A DNA stretch of 64,000 bases, from the NCBI GenBank assembly GCA_905193415.1, contig CAJJOP010000011.1, positions 1,877-65,876 on the forward strand. The letters are read 5' to 3'. The notes below the pieces were generated by a model, which worked only from the letters and a program-made list of their open reading frames with translations, ran no database searches and had not been told where the DNA came from. The position numbers and the translations under genes are program-made. Below, piece by piece: positions 18,330-27,317 of the stretch (positions are counted from its first letter, which is position 1; the number at the start of each line of letters is the position of its first letter). The DNA comes from an uncultured Roseburia sp. (lineage in GTDB: Bacteria; Bacillota; Clostridia; Lachnospirales; Lachnospiraceae).

Positions 18330-19100
18330 TTAGCCGATTGCTGTCAGACCGCCATCTACATAGAGGATCTGGCCGGTAACGAATCCTGATGCTTCAGAAG
18401 CAAGGAATACTGCCGGGCCTGCACAGTCTGCCGGTACCTGCATTCTCTGCATCGGAACGCTTGCTGCGATACCTGCTTTCGCTGCTTCCGGAACAATGCT
18501 CTCCATCATCGGAGTCATTGTTACAGTAGGTCCAATGCCGTTTACAGTTACTTCCGGTCCGAACTCAGATGCACACTGTCTGATGATCATGTCCAGAGCG
18601 CCTTTTGTTGCACAGTAGCCTGCGTTACCTTTCATCGGGAATGTGGCGATCTTGCTGCGTACGGATGTGATATCGATGATCTTGCCATATCCGTTCTCTT
18701 TCATACGTTTTCCGAAGTGTTTGTTGCACATCATAACGCCTTTAACGTTTACGTTGAACATGTCATCCCATACGTCCATCGGGAAATCTACAGCGTCAAA
18801 TTTTTTGTTGAATCCCTGTGAGCAAACGAGGATATCGATCTTACCAAAATCTTTGAAAGAGTTCTCTGCAAGAGCTTCTACTTCTTTTTCGTCTGTAGCA
18901 TCACAGATATAATATTTTACGTCTGCGCTGCAAGCTTCTTTCAGCTCTTTTACAGCTCTCTGTAAAGATTCTTCTCTTCTGCTTGCGATTGCAACTTTTG
19001 CTCCTGCTTCGCAAAGCCCCTGAGCGATTGCCTGTCCAATACCGCCTGCACCTCCAACTACAACTGCGTTTTTGCCTTCCAGGTTAAATAAATTCGTCAT
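18330..19100 (-). CDS. SDR-family oxidoreductase, phloroglucinol-reductase-like candidate
   Basis: GGAGGIG, ASRR (NADP-type), SQGFN, TSVRSK, GYCATK, GPTV, DGGLTA. The S-x-R-S-K, GYCxxK and PTV pattern recalls phloroglucinol reductase (comparison from memory). Confidence 0.85.
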   Translation of the reverse strand: MTNLFNLEGKNAVVVGGAGGIGQAIAQGLCEAGAKVAIASRREESLQRAVKELKEACSADVKYYICDATDEKEVEALAENSFKDFGKIDILVCSQGFNKKFDAVDFPMDVWDDMFNVNVKGVMMCNKHFGKRMKENGYGKIIDITSVRSKIATFPMKGNAGYCATKGALDMIIRQCASEFGPEVTVNGIGPTVTMTPMMESIVPEAAKAGIAASVPMQRMQVPADCAGPAVFLASEASGFVTGQILYVDGGLTAIG

Positions 19101-19153
19101 GATTCATTCTCCTTTTTTATTTGTATTTGCTTGTTGTTCTTAACTCTGAGGCT

Positions 19154-19222
19154 AGTATAGCATCGCATTTTTACAAATGGAAATTCCTAAAATTTGACCG
19201 GTTATGTAAAAAAGTTATAACC
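19154..19222 (-). promoter_or_regulatory. LysR-type promoter: TGcTATACT, -35 TTCCAT, perfect box GGTTAT-N11-ATAACC at 19200-19222
   Basis: ATGGAAATTC at 19177-19186, 17 nt from the -10 and 13 nt from the box. Confidence 0.8.
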
Positions 19223-19258
19223 ATATCCCGGTTTTGTTTTACATTTTATCTATATTTA

Positions 19259-19882
19259 CTACAATAAAACGGCATCCGTCATGCTCTGTAACTGTTCGAA
19301 TGTACAGCCGTCAGCAATCTCTTCCACACAAAATCCTTTTTCCATAATCCTAACCACACACAGATCCGTGATGATCAGATCCGCTCCATGCAGTGCTGTA
19401 CACGGAAGAGTCAGAGATTCTGTCAGAATACAGCTTCCATCCTTTTTCTGAAACGTAGACACAACGATAACCTTTTTCGCACCAGCTATAATATCCATGG
19501 CACCGCCCATCCCGGCGATCATCTTCCCGGGCACATAGTGACTTGCAATATTTCCCTGTGCATCCACCTGCAACGCTCCAAGCACCGCCACATCCAGATG
19601 TCCGCCCCGGCTAATCGTAAATGCTGTGGAGCTGTCAAAAAAGCTGCTCCCCGGCTCCACCAGAATGCACTGGTTTCCGCCTCCGATCATATTGGGATCT
19701 TCCTGTCCATTTGGTGCATTTTTCTGTCTGGCCGCCACGCCGTTGTCCCCAAGGCTCCAGACGTCATATTCTTTCGGTATATAATCTGCCACCAGCTCCG
19801 GCAGACCGATCCCGAAATTTACAATATCTCCATCTTCTATTTTCTGCGCCGCCCGTCTGGCGATCTGTTCTCTTACATTCAT
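19259..19882 (-). CDS. 3-oxoacid CoA-transferase subunit B (AtoA/CtfB-like), with GDNG in place of SENG
   Basis: VNFGIGLP, RGGHLDVAVLGALQVD, GMGGAMD. Confidence 0.8.
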   Translation of the reverse strand: MNVREQIARRAAQKIEDGDIVNFGIGLPELVADYIPKEYDVWSLGDNGVAARQKNAPNGQEDPNMIGGGNQCILVEPGSSFFDSSTAFTISRGGHLDVAVLGALQVDAQGNIASHYVPGKMIAGMGGAMDIIAGAKKVIVVSTFQKKDGSCILTESLTLPCTALHGADLIITDLCVVRIMEKGFCVEEIADGCTFEQLQSMTDAVLL

Positions 19883-20088
19883 TTTTTCGCTCCTGTTATT
19901 CGATCCAGTTCCATCATTCTTAATATTTTGCTATTTCCCTGCCTGTTTGATGTATTACTATATCTGTCAATATCTTCTGATCAACTTTTTTGTTACCATA
20001 TTCTTACTGTTTCCAGATTCTATGTTTATTAATACGTTCTCTATTTTTCCAGCTTCTTTTAGGTATCAACACGCGAACTTCTATATCG

Positions 20089-20787
20089 TTATCTTTTGGT
20101 CAAATCTGTATATCTCGTCCATTTTTTTGACATCGGATACCCCTCTACAACATAGTCCACAAAGACACCCGATGTCATGACCTGTTCCGGTGTAAATGCT
20201 CCGACCGGCAGAATTTCTCCGGTATCCACAATGACTGTGTCTGCCGCCATCGCCATGAGCGGATTAAAATTGATTGAAGTTCCCTTGTAGACCAGATTCC
20301 CAAATGTATCTGATTTCGCACTGCGGATCAGTGCAAGATCAGCGTGCAGCGGTTCTTCTAAAAGATAGGTTTTTCCACGAACCTGTATTTTTTCTTTTCC
20401 GTTTTCCACCTCTGTGCCAAGGCCAACTTCCGTCAGAAATCCTCCCAGTCCCGCCCCCGCTGCACGGATCCGCTCGGCAAGCGTTCCCTGTGGCACAAGT
20501 TCCAACTCCAGTTTACCTTCTGCATACAGTTTTCCTGCCAGCGGATTTCTCCCGATATGGGTCGTGATCATTTTTCTGATACGCCCTGCCTCCAGCAGAC
20601 GGGATACGCCCCTTCCCGGATACGCAGAATCATTGGAGATGATCGTCAGATCCTGCACCCCTGTCTCCAGTACACCTTCGATCAGACGGTCCGGTATTCC
20701 ACACGAAGCATATCCACCGGTCATGATCGTCATACCGCTTTTAAGCACATCACTTAATATAGAAAGTTCCCTCTGTTTTGATCTCAT
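20089..20787 (-). CDS. 3-oxoacid CoA-transferase subunit A (AtoD/CtfA-like)
   Basis: GMTIMTGGY, LTIISND, PQGTLAERIRAAGAG, NFNPLMAMAA. Confidence 0.85.
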   Translation of the reverse strand: MRSKQRELSILSDVLKSGMTIMTGGYASCGIPDRLIEGVLETGVQDLTIISNDSAYPGRGVSRLLEAGRIRKMITTHIGRNPLAGKLYAEGKLELELVPQGTLAERIRAAGAGLGGFLTEVGLGTEVENGKEKIQVRGKTYLLEEPLHADLALIRSAKSDTFGNLVYKGTSINFNPLMAMAADTVIVDTGEILPVGAFTPEQVMTSGVFVDYVVEGYPMSKKWTRYTDLTKR

Positions 20788-21195
20788 TTTCTGCTCCTTG
20801 TTTTTCTGTTCTTACGTACAACCAGTTCCATTTTGTTTTCCTTCCAATCAGCTACCCAAACATATTACATGATTGCCTTATACCCTATATCTACGTTACA
20901 TAATTTCCTTATGTTCTATATCTCCAATTACATAGTTTATTTTATATTCTGTTACAAGATAACTTTCTCCGGTACAGCATTATACAAACTATATTTTTTA
21001 CAACCTATATATCAGGTAAAAGAAACTTCTTCTTTATTATATCGGTTCCGGCTCCATATAAGAAAAACGATTCTGCATAATCCTATACAGAATCGTTATA
21101 AATGCCATATTTTTTCCCTGTTATCATTTTTCCTGCAAAGTACCTTGAAAATAAATCATGTCTGCCAGTTTTTTCATTAAAAAAATCGGATTGTA

Positions 21196-21222
21196 CATAT
21201 TTTAACAACAGACGCATACAAT
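21196..21222 (+). promoter_or_regulatory. SigE-type sporulation promoter
   Basis: CATATT-13 nt-CATACAAT just upstream of the sleC-like gene. Confidence 0.7.
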
Positions 21223-21251
21223 AAACCAAACGACTTTTGAGGTCTTTTTCT

Positions 21252-22529
21252 ATGCCTGAAACATCAATACAGCCTTCTGTTTCCAATCCCGACAACAACG
21301 TGGATACCGGAACATTACAGATCAATGTCACTGCAAACACCGGGCTTCGCCCTGTTGAAAATGCACAGATCCGAATTTCCTATACAGGTGCGCCTGATTC
21401 CACATTAGAAGAAGTGGAGACGAACTCTTCCGGTCAGACGGAAGCTCTGACATTTTCCACGCCACCTCTGGAATATTCTATGCAGCCATCAGAAAAGCAG
21501 CCTTATTCCGAATACACAGCGCAGATTTCTGCTGACGGATTTCAGCCGGTTACCGTTTCCGGCATCGCATTATTCTCCGGAAAACTGACACTTCTGCCGG
21601 TTCGTCTGACACCTGTAGGGCAGACGCAAAACGCTTCTGGAACAATCGTCATCCCTGCCAACACTTTATTCGGAGATTTTCCACCGAAAATAGAGGAAGC
21701 AGAAATCAAACCTACCACAGAAAGCGGCGAGATCGTACTCAGCCGGGTCGTTATCCCGGAATACATTATCGTACATGACGGTCCTCCTTCGGATAACGGT
21801 GCCAAAGATTATTATGTCACTTACCGGGACTATATCAAAAATGTAGCCAGCAGTGAAATCTATGCCACATGGCCGGATGCCACTCTGCGCGCAAATATCC
21901 TTGCCATTATGTCCTTCACGTTAAACAGAGTTTACACGGAATGGTACCGCAATAAAGGATATAATTTTACTATCACTTCCTCCACCGCTTATGATCACAA
22001 ATGGGTCTATGGACGAAATATCTTCTCCAATATTTCCCGCATCGTGGATGAAATGTTTAACAACTATCTTTCACGCCCCAATGTGCGTCAGCCGATCCTG
22101 ACCCAGTACTGCGATGGTCAGCGAGTCAGCTGTCCTAACTGGATGACCCAGTGGGGTTCAAAAAGTCTGGGAGATCAGGGCTATTCCGCCATTGAAATCC
22201 TGCGGTATTTCTACGGAAATGATATGTATATCAATACAGCAAATGAGATTTCCGGTGTTCCAAGCTCCTGGCCCGGTTACGATCTGAAGATCGGTTCCAG
22301 CGGGGCAAAAGTGCGTCAGCTTCAGGAACAGCTTACTGCCATTTCCAAAGCTTACCCGGCGATCCCATCCGTAAGGGCAGATGGCATCTATGGTCTGCAG
22401 ACAGAAGCTGCTGTGGAAGCATTTCAGTCTATCTTTGATCTTCCAGTAACAGGTGTGGTGGATTTCTCCACCTGGTATAAGATTTCTCAGATCTATGTGG
22501 GTGTGACGAGGATCGCAGAGCTGGTGTAA
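21252..22529 (+). CDS. sleC: Spore cortex-lytic enzyme SleC-like protein with C-terminal peptidoglycan-binding domain
   Basis: IPEYIIVHDG, YIKNVASSEIYATW, LNRVYTEWY, QYCDG, TQWGSK, DGIYG...AFQSIF. Confidence 0.8.
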   Translation: MPETSIQPSVSNPDNNVDTGTLQINVTANTGLRPVENAQIRISYTGAPDSTLEEVETNSSGQTEALTFSTPPLEYSMQPSEKQPYSEYTAQISADGFQPVTVSGIALFSGKLTLLPVRLTPVGQTQNASGTIVIPANTLFGDFPPKIEEAEIKPTTESGEIVLSRVVIPEYIIVHDGPPSDNGAKDYYVTYRDYIKNVASSEIYATWPDATLRANILAIMSFTLNRVYTEWYRNKGYNFTITSSTAYDHKWVYGRNIFSNISRIVDEMFNNYLSRPNVRQPILTQYCDGQRVSCPNWMTQWGSKSLGDQGYSAIEILRYFYGNDMYINTANEISGVPSSWPGYDLKIGSSGAKVRQLQEQLTAISKAYPAIPSVRADGIYGLQTEAAVEAFQSIFDLPVTGVVDFSTWYKISQIYVGVTRIAELV

Positions 22530-22564
22530 CGATAACTTTCCATGGATATAGTTGTAATACAAAA

Positions 22565-22608
22565 TATGTCGTACTTTTGTGTTATTCATCCAACAAAAGT
22601 ACGACATA
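22565..22608. terminator. Hairpin between sleC and the island operon
   Basis: Perfect 16-bp inverted repeat TATGTCGTACTTTTGT/ACAAAAGTACGACATA. Confidence 0.65.
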
Positions 22609-22662
22609 GCAACTAACATCCCGAATATATTTTTTGCACTGTCTTGATGGAAAACTATCTCT

Positions 22663-23151
22663 TTATCTATCATCTCGACAATGTCCATATTTATCAAGTG
22701 CCTCATACACTTTATGATATACCAGCTGATTGGGATAATACCGGTAATCTGCAAACACCTCTATTCCTCTTCCGTAAAAATATTCCATAATAGCCGCTGC
22801 ACACCCGGAACTTCTGCTTTCCCCATACTCACACTGGCAAATAATATCCATCCCCTTTTCTTTTGCACGAAAAATAAATTCTGCCAGCTCATCAGACTCC
22901 GGAAAGTAAGTTTCATATGTTAAATCATATTTTGGCAAAACAACCAGATCAATATCATATAATGCAACTTGAAATACATTCTCAACTTTTCCCGAATAAT
23001 TTACCGGTGCTTTCGCTACCATTCCACTTTTTCCTGGCGGATCATAAAAACTGATAATTACGGTATCTTTGGGCACACCTTCCTTTAACAATTTTTCCAT
23101 TGCCATTCTTGAGTAGATATATACATTCATAAAATCTATTTTTTTCTCCAT
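22663..23151 (-). CDS. Putative cysteine-based (PTP/DSP-like) phosphatase
   Basis: IICQCEYGESRSSGCAAA contains CX5R; also IISFYDP and YPNQLV. Overlaps the upstream ORF. Confidence 0.7.
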   Translation of the reverse strand: MEKKIDFMNVYIYSRMAMEKLLKEGVPKDTVIISFYDPPGKSGMVAKAPVNYSGKVENVFQVALYDIDLVVLPKYDLTYETYFPESDELAEFIFRAKEKGMDIICQCEYGESRSSGCAAAIMEYFYGRGIEVFADYRYYPNQLVYHKVYEALDKYGHCRDDR

Positions 23152-23873
23152 CTGGAAACTTTAATCCATACCGGTCCTTCCCAGTCTAAAGGATTTTTTT
23201 CTTCACAGTCTTCTAATTTCTTTTTTAATGTACTTTGAAGTTCGCGATATGGTTCATAATTTTCATATTTACTCCATGCCAGAACTTTATCTGAATAGTA
23301 TCCCTTCTGACCATTTTTCTGTAAAATCTGAATATCCATTGCCCCTTGTTCCCGATGTTCTTGATACTTTTTCTTTTTAGGCGAATTGGAAATATACTCT
23401 AGCAGAAAGCTGTCAAGCGGAACATCCATCTCCGATTCTATTCGGATCAATTTTTCAAAATAATCACGATAGAACTCATGATTTTCCTTATATTTCCCCA
23501 GTATTGATAAAATGATATACAGATATTTCATCGTCATATTTATCCACTTTTGTGCAATCCCATATGTAAACGGATACCGTTCATCCGTTTTTCCTTTATA
23601 GATACCTAAAAGTTCATCGCAACACTTCCTATGCTGTTCTTCATAATCCGCTTTTTCCAGACAGATACTATCAATGAATATTTTTATCTTATCCAGACCA
23701 TCATTCTTTAAGTTTTCTTTCGTTGTCTCCGTTCCTGATACCGAAAGCACATGACTGCTGGCATCCTTATAAGCTCTGAAAACAGCCGCCTTTTTAATTT
23801 CTTCCGATTCACTGTCTAATGTAATTCCAAAATAACTGTACATCAAAAAATTGATTGCATTTTTTTCTTTCAT
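23136..23873 (-). CDS. Uncharacterised protein, possibly HhH-GPD glycosylase-like fold
   Basis: 245 aa with motifs TYGIAQKWINMTMKYL, DVPLDS, WSK, Y..LQ, PLDWE. Function is inference only. Confidence 0.55.
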   Translation of the reverse strand: MKEKNAINFLMYSYFGITLDSESEEIKKAAVFRAYKDASSHVLSVSGTETTKENLKNDGLDKIKIFIDSICLEKADYEEQHRKCCDELLGIYKGKTDERYPFTYGIAQKWINMTMKYLYIILSILGKYKENHEFYRDYFEKLIRIESEMDVPLDSFLLEYISNSPKKKKYQEHREQGAMDIQILQKNGQKGYYSDKVLAWSKYENYEPYRELQSTLKKKLEDCEEKNPLDWEGPVWIKVSRWRKK

Positions 23874-23882
23874 CTTTTTCCC

Positions 23883-25001
23883 CTACTTTCCAAAATCTTC
23901 CTGTTCTTCGTATGCTGCCAACGACTTTTTCATATCCTGTTGTAATTGATTCCTAAGACGTTTGGGCTGTAATAAGATCACATCCGGCGCATAATTTTTA
24001 GCAAACTGCACTGCTGCACGCTCATTGACATATACACTGACAGATACATGTGTCTCTGTCTCTTCTGAAAAAGTGATCTCTTTACCAAAGATATCTATCA
24101 CATCAGAAATCATTGCCTTTACGATCCGATACTTTACAAACACCATTTCACTGGAATACATATAAATATGCGTTTTCATATATTCTGCCAGATTCAGACT
24201 TTGATTTTTAGAACCCCTCAATGATTCAAATGGTTTTCCTTCTGTCTCCAAAAGTTGTATATTACGAATCCGATCTACACGATAATTGGAAATATCATTA
24301 TATTTATCATAATTACAGATTAGATAATATTTTCCTTCCTGTGCTGCCATCTGATAAGGTGTTACCACATATATCCGAATCGTTCCATCTTCCCGCCTCT
24401 TTAAATGCATTTTCTTATCCACATGATATTCAGCATATTCAAAGGAAACTTTTCTTCTTTTTTGAATCGCCTCGTCCAAAATTCCAATATTATAAAATAC
24501 CTGTTTATTATCCGTTCGATCTACGGGTACAGAATAAATATGTTTTAATCTGGAAACAAAGTAGATATTTGCTAAAGATTCCAGTTTTTCTATCAGATCC
24601 TTTGCCTGATGATATGGGATATGTTTTGAAAACAGAACACTGTCAATCAAAAGCCGTAATTCCTCATCTGTAAATTTATGTTTTAGATAAAAATCTGTCC
24701 ACAAAAGATTCTCTTCTTCCTTATCTAATGATTCCTTTGGACTTATTTTGCCTAATGCTTCGTCTGTTGTTTTTTGAAAAATATCTTTTCTTGAAACCTC
24801 TCTGTATTCAATTTCACTGCCATATTCCATAAGATTCAGCAGATTTCTTCGGATCGCTTTGCGGTCAACGGTCATGTGATACTCTTTTTGTAAAATTTCA
24901 CGAATATCTTTCTGACTTAATCTGTGGTCACTATCTGTATATTTTTGTAAGATATCTAAAATATACAGGATCAATAATTTTTTTGGCGGTGTTTCTGTCA
25001 T
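23883..25001 (-). CDS. WYL-domain transcriptional regulator (wHTH-WYL-WCX)
   Basis: ILDILQKYTDSDHRLS, DRKAIRRNL, FTDEELRLLIDSV, VTPYQM, KYYLIC, YRVDRI. Start at MTETPPKK from RBS position. Confidence 0.9.
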   Translation of the reverse strand: MTETPPKKLLILYILDILQKYTDSDHRLSQKDIREILQKEYHMTVDRKAIRRNLLNLMEYGSEIEYREVSRKDIFQKTTDEALGKISPKESLDKEEENLLWTDFYLKHKFTDEELRLLIDSVLFSKHIPYHQAKDLIEKLESLANIYFVSRLKHIYSVPVDRTDNKQVFYNIGILDEAIQKRRKVSFEYAEYHVDKKMHLKRREDGTIRIYVVTPYQMAAQEGKYYLICNYDKYNDISNYRVDRIRNIQLLETEGKPFESLRGSKNQSLNLAEYMKTHIYMYSSEMVFVKYRIVKAMISDVIDIFGKEITFSEETETHVSVSVYVNERAAVQFAKNYAPDVILLQPKRLRNQLQQDMKKSLAAYEEQEDFGK

Positions 25002-25036
25002 CTTTTCGTCCTCTTCTATGGTTTTCACATAATTTT

Positions 25037-25065
25037 ATTCTAAGCTCGACCTGTAAATATTTCAA
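25037..25065 (-). promoter_or_regulatory. Internal SigA promoter for the WYL gene and downstream genes
   Basis: TTGAAA-17 nt-TAGAAT on the minus strand. Confidence 0.6.
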
Positions 25066-25085
25066 GCTGACTCATTTTCAATCTA

Positions 25086-27095
25086 TCAAAAACCTATCGT
25101 TCTGATTGTTTTCTTTTCCGTCACTGACAGTTCTATATCTTCTGCAGTAAACATCGAGACATCTTTTGCCGTCAACTGATCGATATTCTTTTTCATCAAC
25201 CTGGTTGCCTGATTCATCTGAGCCTGCTCCAATATATTTCTCACATATCTTCCATTTCCAAAATCATTCTGGCCTTTTATTTTCTTAAATTCTGTTTTTA
25301 ATTTTTCCAACGCCTCTTCTGTAAGGCAAAACCCCTGTTTATTCGCAATTAATTTTGCAATCTCGCAAAGTTCATCCACATCATAATCCGGAAACGGAAC
25401 GTGAAATGCGATTCTGGATCGAAGCCCTGGATTTTTCTTTATAAAATCTTCCATCTTATCTGGATATCCCGCAAATATAACGATAACATTTTCTCTTTGG
25501 TTCTCCATTTCCTGCACGATTGTGTTGATCGCCTCATCTCCAAATGATCCACTTTTTTCATCTACCAAAGAATATGCTTCATCTATAAACAACACTCCGC
25601 CTCGTGCATCTTTAAATTTTTTCTTTACACACTGCGCTGTCCAGCCAACATATTTTCCTACCAGATCTCCTCTGCCGACTTCTATCAATTGCCCCGTTGA
25701 AACAATCTCATTATCCTTCATTATCTGAGCAAAGAGTCTTGCTACTGTTGTTTTTGCCGTTCCTGGATTTCCCTGAAAAATCATATGCATCGCCGGAATC
25801 GTATTTTTTATCTCCTTTTCTCTGTATAATTTCTGTACTTTATAATAATTCAAAGCTTTCTCTATTACTTTTTTTGCTTCAGTAATTCCCACCATCTCCT
25901 GCAATTCATGATATGCAGATCCTTTCGGCAAGGATTTTGCTCTTTCATTTCTGATAACTGCTACATCTCTGTACTGTGGATAAATCTCTGTTTTTAATTT
26001 ATGATCATACCACTCCTCAAAAAGATCCTGTAATTCTGAGGTATAATAATTTTTATCTTTTTCTACTTTTCCCCGTAATCGTTGATCTGAAGAAATATGG
26101 TTCTTTCTTGTCAATCTTTCCAGATATTCTATTGCGTTATTTTCTTTGATCAGATTTTCTCTTAATTCTATCAGAGATATATTTTCTAATTCATCATAAA
26201 AAAGTTGTTTTCGCTTTTTATCATCCTTGGGAATACAAATAAGTGTCAAAACCTTATTACGATATTTCTTCAACATTTCACAGACAACCTGTATTTTTTC
26301 ATTTATCACATCTGCGTAATCATCGTCATCCTTACCTACCCGCACACAAAAATTAACTATGATACATCCGCCCTCTGATGCTTCATATAATGCCTCATAT
26401 ACATGTTTCTTAAAGGGTTCGTGAATTGACATAGATACAACACTGTAACGTTTATTTCGAATACGCCGTTTTCTGTATAATGCCTGTAATAAATACATTT
26501 CCATATTTTCTTTATCATTTTTGTTATCCACTTCGATCATATAGTGAACCGGATGTCCTTGTACCATTTGATCTGCTTTCCCCTTTAAAATCCTCTTCAG
26601 TTCAGGCAAAAACACTTCTTTTAACTCATTTTTCTCTGTTATTATTTTTAACAGATCCCTGTTATCGTCTCGAATCAGACTTTCATCATATGATATTCCA
26701 TAGGCGCGTCCACCAATAATATCGTTCAGTTTATTTTTTTCCAGAATCTCCGTATCATCTTCAATATATTCCTGTCTGTCGGCTTTGGTTAATAAACTTT
26801 CTAACGTTTCCAATAAAATCTCCGATATTTCCATACTTTCGTAATTAATATTCAAATAGTTTACATACGACTCGACAAAACTCCCCGTATCTTCCACATT
26901 TGGAGCAATGCCACCTATCGTAACGATATTCTCATCAATATCAGAAATAAATATATAGAAACCATCACATAGATCACGACAAAACATATTACTTTTATCT
27001 GCATATTTATGTATTTTACCTTTTATAATCTTTCGGGATTCTTCTTCTGACACTAAACATTCTGTTGAAATGACAGTCACACGATAAGCAAACAT
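25086..27095 (-). CDS. AAA+ ATPase, SpoVK/CbbX-like C-terminal module with a degenerate N-terminal module
   Basis: HMIFQGNPGTAKTT (Walker A), DLVGKYVGWT, VLFIDEAYSL (Walker B), IFAGY, NPGLRSR, FGNGRYVRN, C-terminal IGF. Confidence 0.9.
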   Translation of the reverse strand: MFAYRVTVISTECLVSEEESRKIIKGKIHKYADKSNMFCRDLCDGFYIFISDIDENIVTIGGIAPNVEDTGSFVESYVNYLNINYESMEISEILLETLESLLTKADRQEYIEDDTEILEKNKLNDIIGGRAYGISYDESLIRDDNRDLLKIITEKNELKEVFLPELKRILKGKADQMVQGHPVHYMIEVDNKNDKENMEMYLLQALYRKRRIRNKRYSVVSMSIHEPFKKHVYEALYEASEGGCIIVNFCVRVGKDDDDYADVINEKIQVVCEMLKKYRNKVLTLICIPKDDKKRKQLFYDELENISLIELRENLIKENNAIEYLERLTRKNHISSDQRLRGKVEKDKNYYTSELQDLFEEWYDHKLKTEIYPQYRDVAVIRNERAKSLPKGSAYHELQEMVGITEAKKVIEKALNYYKVQKLYREKEIKNTIPAMHMIFQGNPGTAKTTVARLFAQIMKDNEIVSTGQLIEVGRGDLVGKYVGWTAQCVKKKFKDARGGVLFIDEAYSLVDEKSGSFGDEAINTIVQEMENQRENVIVIFAGYPDKMEDFIKKNPGLRSRIAFHVPFPDYDVDELCEIAKLIANKQGFCLTEEALEKLKTEFKKIKGQNDFGNGRYVRNILEQAQMNQATRLMKKNIDQLTAKDVSMFTAEDIELSVTEKKTIRTIGF

Positions 27096-27317
27096 TTTTC
27101 TGCCTCCATTTCGTTATTATATACTATCAGAAATCTTCATTTAGAAGATCTCGAGAGTACATTATTTTTGTTTCATATACAGTGTACTGAAATACATGGG
27201 GCAAAAAAGGGACATAAAAAAGACCACGCCCACACCGTTCTCCAGATATCAGCATCTATCGCTCTGATACCTGAAAACAATGTGTAACGCAGTCTTTTTA
27301 TACAGTCTCTATTTTAT

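Noticed and set aside
21066..21097. Orphan terminator-like hairpin in the atoD-sleC intergenic region, hinting at an sRNA
   Set aside because: No convincing promoter or target complementarity found.
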